Source of the DNA: Octopus vulgaris
Taxonomy: Eukaryota
Assembly: GCA_951406725.2 (NCBI GenBank)
Contig: OX597815.1
Span: 25,358,001-25,422,000 of the forward strand
Length of the DNA: 64,000 nt
Direction: 5' to 3'
Of this stretch, positions 38,801 through 54,100 are shown piece after piece. The notes below the pieces were generated by a model. That model was not told the origin of the DNA. It did no database searches and saw only the letters and a program-made list of their open reading frames with translations. A program made the translations under genes and the position numbers. Positions within the stretch are counted from its first letter, which is position 1. Each line of letters begins with the position of its first letter.

Positions 38801-41800
38801 CTTCGGTAAAACCATTTCTTTTGCCATTACAACTATCTTTTCTGTCACATTGACATCTTTCTCAACCCTAGCCTATTGTGTTCTTCAGAATGCTCTCTTA
38901 GTTGAGCTGATTGTCATTATCAGAAGAATCATATGAAAATATGGATGATGATGATGATGATCATCATCATCATCATTTAATGTCTGCTTTCCATGCTAGC
39001 ATGGGTTGGACGATTTAACTGAGGGCTGGCAAACCAGATGGCTGCACCAGGCTTCAATCTTGATCTGGCAGAGTTTCTACAGTTGGATGCCCTTCCTAAC
39101 GCCAACCACTCCGAGAGTGTAGTGGGTGTATATATATATATATATTCGCCAGCCCCATCTGGCAACTGTGCCGGTGGCACGTAAAAAGCACCCACTACAC
39201 TCACGGAGTGGTTGGCGTTAGGAAGGGCATCCAGCCGTAGAAACATTGCCAGATCAGACTGGGCCTGGTGCAGCCTTCTGGCTTCCCAGACCCTAGTTGA
39301 ACTGTCCAACCCATGCTAGCATGGAAAGCGGACGCTAAATGAAATGATGATATATAGACACACATGCATGCACACACACAGCGTATACTCTTCTATAATA
39401 TGAATAATTATTTTATAGCCAAATTCATTTATATACAAACATACTTATATATGTAAACTCCCTTCGCAACATGGTTGCCAGACTGGACTACAAATAGCAG
39501 ATTAACACTTTGATAAATAATTGGATGATAATAGCAATGATGATTACTCATAGCATTGTGCTGCTGAAAATGATGATGCTAATGATAGGAGTTTGTTGGG
39601 GTAGTGTTAACAATAATGATGATGACTTTGGTAAAGAAAATAATTTTTTTTTTTCTCTTTTATTTACAATTTTAGGAAATCATGTCACAGAACAAATTCA
39701 ATGTGTTCCATTGGCACATTGTTGATGATCAGTCATTTCCATACCAGAGTTTTTACTTCCCAGAACTCAGCAATAAAGTAAATATGTAAAAAATCTTTTT
39801 CATTATTTATACTTTTTCTAAACGTTGGAATGTTGTCTTTGGCTCATAGTAATTTAATACTTTTACCATAACTCACTGGATCATTTCCAAGCACTACTGC
39901 TGATTTCATCTTCATGAAGTTTATCTTAGACAAATCAATCTGACTGGGTCAAGATATTCCAAAGAAGGACTTCAACTCAATACTTCAGTATGTCAATTTT
40001 ACAACCACTACACTTCAGAACAGTGGGTTGCTCCTATTTTGCTATTAGTGGATAGATTATCTGAGAGTTCAATGTTTTGGCAACATGTGTTGTTGTTGTG
40101 TACACCCAACTAAGCTCTATGCAGAGCTATGACATGCTTTTGTGTGTTTCTGTGTGTGTCTGTGTAATAGAATATTTATTTTTTTGGAAGCAACCTACAT
40201 TTTGGCCTTCATATTATATTACTTTCTATCACAATATTTCTCTCCATTTGATATATAAGCATGTGAATCCCTGTATGCAACATCAAGATTATTCATTTGC
40301 AAATGCATGCATATATCTACATTTGTCTAATGCCTTTTCAAGCTTATATCTGTTTACATCTGATTTGTCACAAACATACTACAATTCTACTACATAGTGT
40401 TTTATCACCACTTTCATTACTATAAGGTTGTCCCAAAAGTTCGTAGAAAGTCTTGGAAAATAATGGTCTTTATTTTGAGGAATAATTTTTGTTGTTTTTG
40501 TTAGTGCTTGGCGAGTAAAAATTCACTTTTCACAAGTGTTTACGAACTTTTGGGACAACCTAATATTACACTGTTATATTCTGACTAATCATAGCTTTTG
40601 CATTAATAATTAATATCATATATACAACATATTACATTGTATTATATTATTTTATGGCCTACTATGCTTTTTCATGTCATTATGACATATTATGCCATAC
40701 TTTCAAATTTTGTATTTCTGTACAATAGGAGCTCCTACATGGTCAATCGACTTGCTACAAATTGCTGATAAACATCCCTCAAAATTCATAACTATAGCTA
40801 CAACCTATACTGTCTTTTATTAATAATTACCTCTTACTTATAACCTACTTACATAGAGTAACTTTGAATCCAAAATTTATTAAACAACATACATTGTATA
40901 CAAATATTTACACATAAACATCACATGACCAACCATACTGTCAAATATTGTTAAACATCACTGGTCACTATGTACTTTTGTATTGCTTTAACCTTCAAAT
41001 GATGCCACCCTGCTGGTTAGGCAAGCAGGCCAACATTCCCCACTGATCGAAAGGAAGATTGGAGCAACTTGAAACAAAGTGTTTTGCTCAAGAACACAAT
41101 ACGTTGTCCAATCAGGAAATTGAACCCATGATCCAACAATCATGAGTGCAACAACCTAATCACTAGGTCACACACCTACAGAAACATACATAATTTAAAA
41201 TAAAATTTAAATTCGACCTTAAAGTCAATGCCAATATCATCTTTAACTTCATTCAAAATTTACTGTTTTGGAACCAGAAGAGCAATCAATATAACTATCA
41301 GTTTTGTTAGCTTAACTACAAAAATGTATAGCTCTAAACATTCAAATGGTGATGCTCATCATCATCATTATTTTAGCATAACACTTTTCCATGCCTGCAT
41401 GGCTCAAACAGAGTTTATTGAAGCAGATTTTCTACAGCTGTATGTCTTTCTTGTCATCAATCTTCACTTGTTTCTAAGCAAAGTGATGTTTAGTTTCCCC
41501 ATGGCCAGACATGTTTTTGCAGTATATTGGAAATAAGTGACACTGCTTGTATGACAGTGACAGTCATTTACAACTATCATGTGATGCCAAGGCAAGGATA
41601 CACAAACACACACTAAGACACTCATATACATATATACACATGTGCATGCACACACACACACACAAACACACGCATGCACACACATACACACATGCACACA
41701 CACGCATGCACATATATATGACGGTCTTCTTTCAACTTCCATCCACCAAACCCACTCACAAAGCTTGTTTAGTCAAACCAGGACTACAGTAGAAGACACT

Positions 41801-44704
41801 TGCCCAAGGTGCTACACACTGAGACTGAACCCTGGACCTTGTTATTGGAAAGCAATCTTATCACACAGCCATGCCTATGCTTATACTAGTATACTATGAT
41901 AGAATTCAATAATAAGCCTTCATTATTATTCTGATAGTCCCACTATGCACTCAAGTAATTCTAGTATGGGCTGTACTACAACAGATCTAGAATAGTGTCA
42001 ATCCAGTTCAAATTTAGATTGATAACCTAATGACCTTGATCTTAAGCAACAATTTATACCTCAAATTATGAATTCACTATCCTGTTAATGTCATATCTCT
42101 CTCTCTCTCTCTCTCTCTCCTTTGTTTCATGTTTGCCCTTTTATCTGTCTCTCTATTTGTCTTCTCCTCTCTTATTTTATTGTTTGAAATTTTCACTCTT
42201 TGTCATTTTTTTAAATTTTTAACTTTCACATGCCCTTCTATCAACTCCACTTGTTTTCAACAACTCACCACCGGATCTTTTCAATGAAATTGTCACCCAT
42301 AATTATGACCTAGTATCAATCTGTTTTAGGGTTAGGGTTAGGGGTGGGGGAAAGGGTATCTTTTTTTCTTTACAAATGTAAATAAACCCAATCTGTTTCT
42401 TAAATGAAGGACATATTCATATGGCACAGAATGTTTTTTTACCTCAATGGACATCATTGATTGGTTGAAATTGCAGAAATTGAAGGAAAAAAAACAACAA
42501 ATATGTTACAAACTATAGAATTTTCTCAATAAAGCCAAGAGAAAAAGATGTTTTATAAACGCATTCTACCAGTATACGAAGTTTAAAAGTTTTTAGTTAC
42601 CTAGAAATTATGTTAAAAACTGCCGTTCAAACCGAAAAGATCCTCACCATCTCCCTCCAAATATCTTAATTTCACTTTAAATTCTTTTCACTTGCGTTGA
42701 TACACAAGGATACACAAACACACACTAAGACACTCATATACATATATACACATGTGCATGCACACACACACACACAAACACACGCATACACACACATACA
42801 CACATGCACACACACGCATGCACATATATATGACGGTCTTCTTTCAACTTCCATCCACCAAACCCACTCACAAAGCTTGTTTAGTCAAACCAGGACTACA
42901 GTAGAAGACACTTGCCCAAGGTGCTACACACTGAGACTGAACCCTGGACCTTGTTATTGGAAAGCAATCTTATCACACAGCCATGCCTATGCTTATACTA
43001 GTATACTATGATAGAATTCAATAATAAGCCTTCATTATTATTCTGATAGTCCCACTATGCACTCAAGTAATTCTAGTATGGGCTGTACTACAACAGACCT
43101 AGAATAGTGTCAATCCAGTTCAAATTTAGATTGATAACCTAATGACCTTGATCTTAAGCAACAATTTATACCTCAAATTATGAATTCACTGTCCTGTTAA
43201 TGTCATATCTCTCTCTCTCTCTCTCTCTCCTTTGTTTCATGTTTGCCCTTTTATCTGTCTCTCTATTTGTCTTCTCCTCTCTTATTTTATTGTTTGAAAT
43301 TTTCACTCTTTGTCATTTTTTTAAATTTTTAACTTTCACATGCCCTTCTATCAACTCCACTTGTTTTCAACAACTCACCACCGGATCTTTTCAATGAAAT
43401 TGTCACCCATAATTATGACCTAGTATCAATCTGTTTTAGGGTTAGGGTTAGGGGTGGGGGAAAGGGTATCTTTTTTTCTTCACAAATGTAAATAAACCCA
43501 ATCTGTTTCTTAAATGAAGGACATATTCATACGGCACAGAATGTTTTTTTACCTCAATGGACATCATTGATTGGTTGAAATTGCAGAAATTGAAGGAAAA
43601 AAAACAACAAATATGTTACAAACTATAGAATTTTCTCAATAAAGCCAAGAGAAAAAGATGTTTTATAAACGCATTCTACCAGTATACGAAGTTTAAAAGT
43701 TTTTAGTTACCTAGAAATTATGTTAAAAACTGCCGTTCAAACCGAAAAGATCCTCACCATCTCCCTCCAAATATCTTAATTTCACTTTAAATTCTTTTCA
43801 CTTGCGTTCCATTACTATTGCTACATCTACTGCAACACCTACCTTTGTCCCACATGTAATGTTAAGTACTTTAATAAAAAATATATAGAACAACGTACTC
43901 TACATATTTAATATTTGATAAGCCTTACACCATGAATCTTTGAAACATAGGCAACTCTATACACACACACACAAATAGACAAATGATAAATGGAATTAAT
44001 GACATTCTCTATTTAAAATCGCTACAATTGTTTCGACATGTTCTTACACCTTTTAGTAATATAATGGAAGGAAGGATTTTATGATACTTTTGGGGGTATA
44101 TTCTTCTTCCATTATAATTATTCTGTTGATTCAAGGAGCTGGAAATACAAAGAATAAAGTTCTCGAGCTGAGTAAATTCAATAACCGTTTATTCATAGAT
44201 GCTTTGTGCAAGGAGCTTGCTTTTAGTAACCATCTTCACAGCAGACAAAATGCTAAGGATTTTGCCTGATATACTCTTTTACTCTCTTTTACTTGTTTCA
44301 GTCATTTGACTGCGGCCATGCTGGAGCACCACCTTTTTAGTCGAGCAAATCGACCCCGGGACTTATTCTTTGTAAGCCCAGTACTTATTCTCTCGGTCTC
44401 TTTTGCCAAACCGCTAAGTGATGGGGACACACCAGCATCGGTTGTCAAGCAATGCTAGGGGGACAAACACAGACACGCATACATATATATATACGATGGG
44501 CTTCTTTCAGTTTCCGTCTACCAAATCCACTCACAGGGCATTGGTTGGCCCGGAGCTATAGCAGAAGACACTTGCCCAAGATGCCACACAGTGGGACTGA
44601 ACCCGGAACCATGTGGCTGGTTAGCAAGCTACTTACCACACAGCCACTCCTGCGCCTAATAATTCTTTCTAAAAATATGCTAATAATTCTTCCAGTTCAT
44701 CACC

Positions 44705-44764
<60 letters not shown>

Positions 44765-46096
44765 TTTTGTATTTATGTTCTGACTTCGTTAACAGGGAGC
44801 ATTCAACCCATTGACACATATTTACACCCAGTCTGATGTAAAGGAGATCGTTGAATATGCTCGTTTGCGAGGCATTAGAGTGGTGCCAGAATTCGATACA
44901 CCAGGTACGTGTCTTTAAATAAGTCATAAATCACAAATGGTGTCTGTAAGAATGTACATGTGCTTATTGTTGTATGTACATGAATTCATGAGTCTGCTTG
45001 AAACAGTGGTTGTGTATACACATGCATGTTGTGTGTATTGTTGTTACTGTTTTGCTCTCAGCTCTAACTCATCATCTACACTAGCATGGGTTGGACAGTT
45101 CGACCGGGATCTAGGAAGCCAGAAGAGCTGCACCAGGCTCCATTCTGATCTGGCAGTGTTTCTACAGCTGGATGCCAGATCAGACTGGAGCCTGGTACAG
45201 CCTTCTGGCTTCCCAGATCCCGGTCGAATCATCCAACCCATACCTATGATTAAACACATCCCAATGATGATGATCATGACCTCAAGAGCATTGTCCACCT
45301 AGGGTTGCTTATTCATGTGTTGTATCCACTTTCAAAATAACAGCATGTAATCAGTGAGAGATTTGGCTGCTATTTCTAGTAGATTGGCTGACTACATAGG
45401 GACACACTCGCTGACTCACGTGTTTATTTTATGTACCTGCTATTGATTAATTTGATATTTCTTTATGAGTGTCATTGTCATGTCTATGTTCTTGTGTTTG
45501 TTCATGAAATTGTTATTGAATGTGTGACGGTTCAACTAGCTGGAGATTGCTAACATGTGCACCAAATAGTCCCTGTGTATGTGAGGAGTGTGTTTGCATG
45601 TTTGCCAATGGTTAATTGGAATTCGCATCATCAGTTTGGAACCCCTATCTTGCTCAGAACATTGACCTCCTAGAATCTGTCCAGAGACGTGCAACCAAAC
45701 GCATACCCTCCATCAGACACCTACCATATTCTGAGCGCCTTGTTTCCCTGGGCATGGATTTACTGAAGCTCCGGCGTCTGGCGACGGACTTGGTAAACAC
45801 CCACAAAGTTATCAATCACCTCACCAACAACAACACTGAACACCTTTTTGATCTTCATGTGTCTAACACACGTGGACATGCCTACAAAGTCAGAAAACAA
45901 CACAGCTCCCATGACTTTCGGAAACATTTTTTCACGCTCAGAGTTGCTGAAGCATGGAATAAACTGCCTGCGTCAGTTGTTGACTGCCATGACACTGCAT
46001 CCTTTAAGGCCCTCATGCTTTCTGAAATCCGCCGAACCTACACCTGATTATATATACACTTTAGATGAGTTGTAGTGCACCTGAGCACTGTACACA

Positions 46097-46132
<36 letters not shown>

Positions 46133-46699
46133 AACTATATTGTATGTCTATTCTTTATATTGTTTTAGATGTCATAGCTAAAACCATGCCAAGGCACTGC
46201 CTTCATGTTAGAATATCTCATTTATAAGAACACTCATTCAACTACAACACAGATATGTGGTCTAGCAGAAGTAAATACTTATTGCAAAGATAGGACCAAG
46301 AACATTTCAAATGGAAGTGTTATTTCAAATATTTGCCAACCAGGATTCACAGATGAGTTGACATACAGGAATGTGTTGTAGTGCAGATGCCATTTGTTTT
46401 ACTGAAATAAATTATTCCTATATGCATTCCCAAACATTCATATAAGTATACACACATACATTTACAAGCTTAAACTCATACGTATAAGCATATATAGGGG
46501 AATTCAGTATATCTAGTGGGATATTTTTTTATACACCAAGCACCTGAAGCAACACAGCCTGCACTGATAGATGCAATGCAACCAGATGCACAATATACTA
46601 CCCCCATGGGACAGATGCAGGGTGGGTCAAAATGATGGTCATGCTGAATAAAGATTCACACTAAATCCATCTTATGTTTCCTTTATCAATTACATACAT

Positions 46700-46753
<54 letters not shown>

Positions 46754-49700
46754 ATGTGTAAAGTAACAGTTTAGATTTTAAAAAACCATTGCTTTCATAT
46801 CTAGCATGAACTAGACATATCTTCAGTTCCTCTAAACGATAACTGTTCTCTGCAAGGAATGATTTTTTTTTAAACACAAGAACATCAGTAACAGTTCAAG
46901 AAATATTCCTCTTAAAAAATTATGGCCAGGCAACCTAACTATCAATAGTTAGGTTTTCCAATATATAAAAGACAGACAAAATGTTGCTAAGCATTTTGCC
47001 TTATATGCTAATAATTCTACCAGTTCATCACAGTAATAATGATAATGATAATAATAATAATTTTTTGTATTTTTGTTCTGACTTCATTAACAGGGAGCAT
47101 GTAAAAGTCAACCCCCTATTTTTGGCCAAAAATTTAAGAATTTTCCATTGACCCTGCATAAAAGTCAACCCTAGTTTTTCACAAACAACAGGATAACATT
47201 TGTGGGTCAAGGTACTGTATTATCCTGTACATAGAAATAACACTGTTACAAAATTGTGTGGCTACTTTACTGTAGCCTGCACTATAGATGTAATACATGG
47301 TACTTATAATGGAATGCTCAATGCTTATAGTAAAATGCCATTTAATAGCGAGCACTACATATCTATTGATGGGTGCTACATTACTATTACTAAAATGTAT
47401 GCACAGGATATGCTGCAAGCCTGCATACATCTTGCAGCACAATAAACACATGCACCATACACTCATTTACATGACGAGAAATGTGTTTTACAGACAGCAC
47501 TATTGGTGAACACTGGCAAATGCCACTGTCTGAATTCTTACAAAGGCATGACTTTGGTAAGCCTAAAAACATTCAATTAGTCACTAGATCAGTGGTTCCT
47601 ATGCGACCTTTATATTTTCCTCATTTCCAAATACAATAAATACATGCATTATATGCTTGTCTGTTTACATGGTGAGAACATGTTTCACAGACAGCACTAT
47701 TCATAAGTTCAATACCCCAGTTGTCACATCCTAGATGTTCTGCTGGATTAAAGATATTTCTCTACTATGAAACATCACACTTCTCACTCTGCCTTTCATA
47801 TGGTGAGGAACTCTTTGTTAGCAACAAAGACTACAACTCCCAAAACTGATTAATTTCTTATAACTCTGTATTGTAGCTTCTGTACTTTCGGCAAGTCATC
47901 TAGCTTGTAGAGACTATTTACTACATCTTATGAGTTATTTGAGCAATTTGTAGACTTCATTTCATAGATGAGCCTTCCACTAACTACTTCTATACAGCTG
48001 TAGCAGAAGCATGATCACTCTTTACCTTTGGCTACCCACATTGTGGCTCTTGACTTTTGGTTACCTATTTTTGGGTCATCACATAATGGTCAAGTCCATT
48101 TACCTTTACTCAGACTGTCCATCCCTTAGCATGATAGACTAGCCAAGTGTCTCGACATCAGTTATTTAAGGGACGATTTTCCTCCTTAATTCCTTAGGGA
48201 GGAGAGTTTACTATGAGCAAGTTTTGGATCTTCAACAATGAGAGCAGTGTATTCCACTTTGTAGTTTCAGCAAAAACAGAATTGTAACCAGAATCCTTGA
48301 TGTTATGCTTTGTGTCTTTCCAACATTTCATCTTCAACTTCTAGAAACCTTTGACAATTATTCAAGTTCTATCAGTTTGCTTTTATTCACTTTAGCAACA
48401 GTAATAAATGTTGCAGTGTGGTCAACTTCAATTTGCCTTTGTATTTTCTTATTGATATCCATCCTGACTTATATTAACCAAAAGACTTAACATTAACAGG
48501 CCTTAAACCACATTGCATTGCATTTCATACAACAACCCAACATTTGCTAAATTCTATCAATTCTGAAGTCTTTTGTTACCTGTTAGTGCCAGGGACCCAC
48601 TGCATCTTTCTTGTACTCATTGCTTGCATTTTGCACACAACATCAAATTCTTGATTATGTCCTTCCTAAATATCAATTAAAACGTATCAAAATTACAATG
48701 CTAACTTCCCAGTTAACATTTACATTTTGTCTTCTCCCCTATTTGTTTGTGATTTTGTCTTTGCCATGTTGATCTTTCTGAAATAAAAGCCAGATATTAT
48801 CGTGAATTAAAATTTTGATTATTTTTGGGGTGGCATAGTCTTGCAAGATGCATGACAACCTCACTATTGTCAGTGGCATGGAAAAGCACCCAATACTCGC
48901 TGTAAAGTGATTGGTGTTAGGAAGGGTACCCAATCGTAAAAACCATGACAAAGCAGACACTGGCACATGATGCAGCCCTTAGACTCATTGGATCCTATCA
49001 AACGACCCAACCCATGCCAGCATGGAACATAGACATTAAATGATGATGATGGCGGGTGCTACTGCTAGATAAATAGATTCTAATTACCTAAATCTGTTTT
49101 TGTCATATCAATTTGATTTTAAAATTTATTGGTAGAATTCATAAATTCATGCATTTTCTGTTTATATGTAATCATTTCTTTTAGGCCATACTTTATCCTG
49201 GGGTAAATCTCACAAAGAACTTCTTACTCCATGTTACCAATATGCATCTGAGAATGGTAAATATGGTCCTGTCAATCCAATTTTGAATTCTACATATGCC
49301 TTTATGAAGAAGTTTATTTATGAAATTAGTATGATGTTTCCTGATAAATATTTCCATGCTGGGGGAGATGAGGTTAACTTTGATTGTTGGTAAGTATTGT
49401 TGTTCAATTTGTCATAATCATACTTGATAGTTTTATATTTTAATTCAAGTTTGGGTCTTTAATAATTTTGGTATGTCTCATTTGAATTGCTGTCTTTTTG
49501 CAACATTTTTTTCAACAGTGATTTGGAAAACTATGGTAAAGCAGTTGAGAATAAATTAAACCAAAATAAGAGGAAAAGAAGAAAATTTTACTTTATATAG
49601 CCATCTATTTTCACTGCCCAGTATTCTTGGAGATGGGATCATAGGAGTAGAGTCCTCAGGCATTGCTTCCTTAGGGTCCTATCAGAAAAAAAAACACTAA

Positions 49701-50422
49701 AGCATTAAATTTTCCAGCTGGATTTCCAAATGTAACCAACTAAGTGTTTGGATATTATCCAACCCCCTTTAATACCTAGGTTTTCTGCTGGTTGGATTGG
49801 ATTTAAGAATCTATTTTGTGATTCTTTCTTGTAACATTCTAATCACAAGTATTGAAGCTTTGACCTCACAATGCAGTGAAGTAGCAGCTCGACCTAGAGA
49901 GACACTCCCTGATCTCCAGGTTGCATGCTTTGTCAAGTAACATAACTCCAGAGATCCTTCAGAGGGACCCCATTTTACTATATATCATTTCATAATTCTA
50001 ATTGTTCAGCTATAAAGCTCTAATCATAGATGAAGAGAGAGAGAGTAAGAGAGACAAAAGAGGAAGAAACTGCTAAGGCAGTTATGAAAGGCTACCAAGA
50101 TCAACCCCCACTCCACTCTCAGGAAAACTGACAAAGGGGTCTTGATTCATCAGGATAATGCTCCAGCATACAAGTCCTTTTCTTCCAAAGGCTGCTGTGT
50201 GTGACTGGCTCTGAACTGGTTGATCACCCACCCTATTCTCCTGATTTGGTTCCATCTTACATAGGAGTGGCTGTGTGGTAAGTAGCTTGCTTACAAACCA
50301 CATGGTTCTGGGTTCAGTCCCACTGCGTGGCACCTTGGGCAAGTGTCTTCTACTATAGCCTTGGGCTGACCAAAGCCTTGTGAGTGGATTTGGTAGACGG
50401 AAACTGAAAGAAGCCTGTCGTA

Positions 50423-50464
<42 letters not shown>

Positions 50465-51128
50465 CATATATATATGTATATGTGTGTGTATATGTTTGCG
50501 TGTCTGTGTTTGTCCCCCCCAACATCGCTTGACAACCGATGCTGGTGTGTTTACGTCCCTGTAACTTAGCGGTTCGGCAAAAGAGACTGATAGAATAAGT
50601 ACTAGGCTTACAAAGAATACGTCCTGGGATCGATTTGCTCGACTAAAAGGTGGTGCTCAAGCATGGCCACAGTCAAATGACTGAAACAAGTAAAAGAGTA
50701 AAAGAGACAATCATCTATTCCCCAACGTTGAACGACACTTGGCTGGGAAGTAGTATTGCAGTGATGATGACATCATATTTGCTGTTGATAGCTATTTTGT
50801 TGAAAGCTACTTCACTAATGGGATCCAAGCACTGCAACACTGATGGAAGAAGTGTGTGGACTACACGGGGGAACCATGTTGAAAAATAAGCCTCATTTGA
50901 TCACATTCCATGAGATTATCTTGGTCAGCCTGTGAACTTTTCAACCAATCCTCACATATGCAGGAGTGGCTGTGTGGTAAGTAGCTTGTCTACCAACCAC
51001 ATGGTTCCAGGTTCAGTCCCACTGCGTGGCACCTTGGGCAAGTGTCTTCTACTATAGCCTCGGGCCAACCAAAGCCTTGTGAGTGGATTTGGTAGATGGA
51101 AACTGAAAGAAGCCCGTCGTATATATGT

Positions 51129-51163
<35 letters not shown>

Positions 51164-54100
51164 TGTCTGTGTTTGTCCCCTAGCATTGCTTGACAACCGA
51201 TGCTGGTGTGTTTATGTCCCCGTTACTTAGCGGTTCAGCAAAAGAGACCAATAGAATAAGTACTGGGCTTACAAAAGAATAAGTCCCGGGGTCAAGTTGC
51301 TCGATTAAAGGCGGTGCTCCAGCATGGCCACAGTCAAATGACTGAAACAAGTAAAAGAGAAAAAGAGAGAGTATATGCAGTGACAAGTGTGGAGCAAGTT
51401 AAATAAGATTGGTTACATCATAATGAATCAGCTAACACACTAGAATACAGAACGCATACAAAGCAGACGTTGTGTTAGTATCTTAGTGATTTTCTTTGTG
51501 CAATATAAATTTTTCATTTGCTTATATAATCTTTTCAGTAAGATTTGAAAATAGATCAATAAAAACACTCTTACTGAAATTACTTATTCTATCGGTCTCT
51601 TTTGTCGAACCGCTAAGTGACGGGGACATAAAAACACCAGCATTAGTTGTCAAGCAATGCTAGGGGGACAAACACAGACACACAAACACACACACGCATA
51701 CATATATATATACATATATACGACAGGCTTCTTTCAGTTTCTGTCTACCAAATCCACTCACAAGGCATTGGTTGGCCCAGGGCTATAGCAGAAGACACTT
51801 GCCCAAGATGCCACGCAGTGGGACTGAACCCGGAACCATATGGTTGGTTAGCAAGCTACTTACTACACAGCCACTCCTGCACCTTACTGAAATTTCTTAT
51901 AAGTTATAAATATTTGTTCTCTAATGAATCATACTACATCCTTTACATTCAATATTAGCTTTCTTTTTTGATAATTTAATATTGGAATCTACTTAGGATG
52001 CTTCTTACAAAATGTTTTGAATATTAATAAATTTATATTACAAAAGACTGTTTGACAAAGCTGTTAAAGGCTCTCACCTGTTTGTTAATAGTTGATGACA
52101 GGTCCTATCTAAATCATCGTTTACTACAATATATTCTGAACTTTGTTTTTATCTTTTTATAGGAAAAGCAATCCTAATATTACTAAATTCATGGAAAAAA
52201 TGAAATTTGGAACATCTTATTATAAGTTAGAACAATACTATATGGAGAAGTAAGTACTTTGTATGTTGCGTAATGTTGTTTTATAAACTTTAGTTCTTCT
52301 TGTATTTATATTATTAGTTCTTGATAATGAATAATTTTTGGTCAGCTCAACTTGTGCAGAGCAAAAGCAAGAAAGTTACTAATAAAACATTTTAAAGTAA
52401 TCTCTTGATCCAGCACTCTGGATATGATCTGCTTCAGGAGGATCTTGGGTTACATGAACAATGTTCTGTGGGGGTTGGTTGTGTATGGAAGTCAAGCATG
52501 CTGAATTTGTTTTGTCTGATTTTTTTTTATATATGATTGAAGAATATGATGATGATGATGATGATGAATAAGATGAATATAATAGTTGGTACACATTCTG
52601 CAGTGTTTTGAATAATTCATGTTAGATGAAAACTGCCTTTAAAAAAAGGTAATCTACAAAGCAATATGACTGCAAGGACAAATAAAAATTACACTGAAGT
52701 AATAAGCAGACTGTTCAAGGCTACATATACACTACACTATTTATTTCACAGCATAGATAGAAGAAATGCAGTGTCTCTATCAAAACACATTTGGGACTTA
52801 AAAGAGGGAAGCATAAAAATGAATATAACAAACTTTGCAATAATAGATGGCATTGTCCCTTACATAATGCTTCTAGGATGTGCCTACTATGCACCACAGA
52901 AAAATATAATATAATTATGCAACAAGTATGTTTCCTAAACAGAACTGAGAAGATGTCACAACGCAGATACAAGAATAAATTCATCATAAAAAATTGTCGA
53001 AGATGCAACAGCAGGAAGCACAACAATGACAACAGTAATAGATTAACAAACTAACAAAAACAAACTACAGAAAAAGATTAATTATTCAGAATGCAAACAA
53101 TCCAATCTGTGTCAAATCATTAATTATGGATTCAATGAGTCTTAAATATTAAGTAACAGCTGTAAAAGAACTACACACAAACACATACACATGTACAAGC
53201 ACATGTACAGACCAATGATGGAAATGATTTTCAGGAACTAGGTATACAGTAAAACTTTGTCCATTAGAGTTAAGTGAAGTGAGTACATGCAGTTGTAAGT
53301 GTATAAGAGTAATTTTTTTTTAAATATTGCTAAAATTGGAGGCATTTTGAAACTGTATAACCTACACTGGGTATGATAATTATGCACACGCACATACACA
53401 CACGAGCAAACAACATTCACATGACTATCACCTCTTCCAATATATCTTTTCTGAAATTTAATTTTTTCACTAGTATAAAACTAAAAGGACTCAATATTTT
53501 GTCTTAAAGTGATGAGGTTTGCATATAGGGTTCATGAAATTCTTATTATAGTTCACAATATAGTGGTCAGTATATGTGATAAAACTTATGTCTATTATAT
53601 AAATGCAAGTGTATATGGTTATGTATGTGTGTTTAGCTCCAAAAGGCTCTCATACAGGGCATCCTCAAGAAAAATGAATTCAGTTTTTGAAATCTATGTC
53701 CAAAAGACAGTGTCAGCGTCATCATCATCATCGTTTAACGTCTGCTTTCCATGCTAGCATGGGTTGCACAATTTTGACTGAGGGCTAGCGAACCAGATGG
53801 CTGCACCAGGCTTCGATCTTGATCTGGCAGAGTTTCTACAGCTGGATGCCCTTCCTAATGCCAACCACTCCAAGAGTGTAGTGGATGCTTTTACGTGCCA
53901 CTGGCAAGGAGCCAGTCAGGCGGCACTGGCAACGACCTCACTCAAATCTTTTGCACATGCCACCGGCACAGGTGCCAGTAAGGCAATGCTGGTAACGATC
54001 ACACTTAAATGGCATCTTTTACGTGCCACCGGCACGGAGACCAGATAGCCGCTCTGGCAATGATCACTCTCGAATGGTGCTCATAATATCCTACTATCAC

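Noticed and set aside
42326-42345. Interstitial telomere (TTAGGG) repeats
   Set aside because: Only about three units, inside a MITE.
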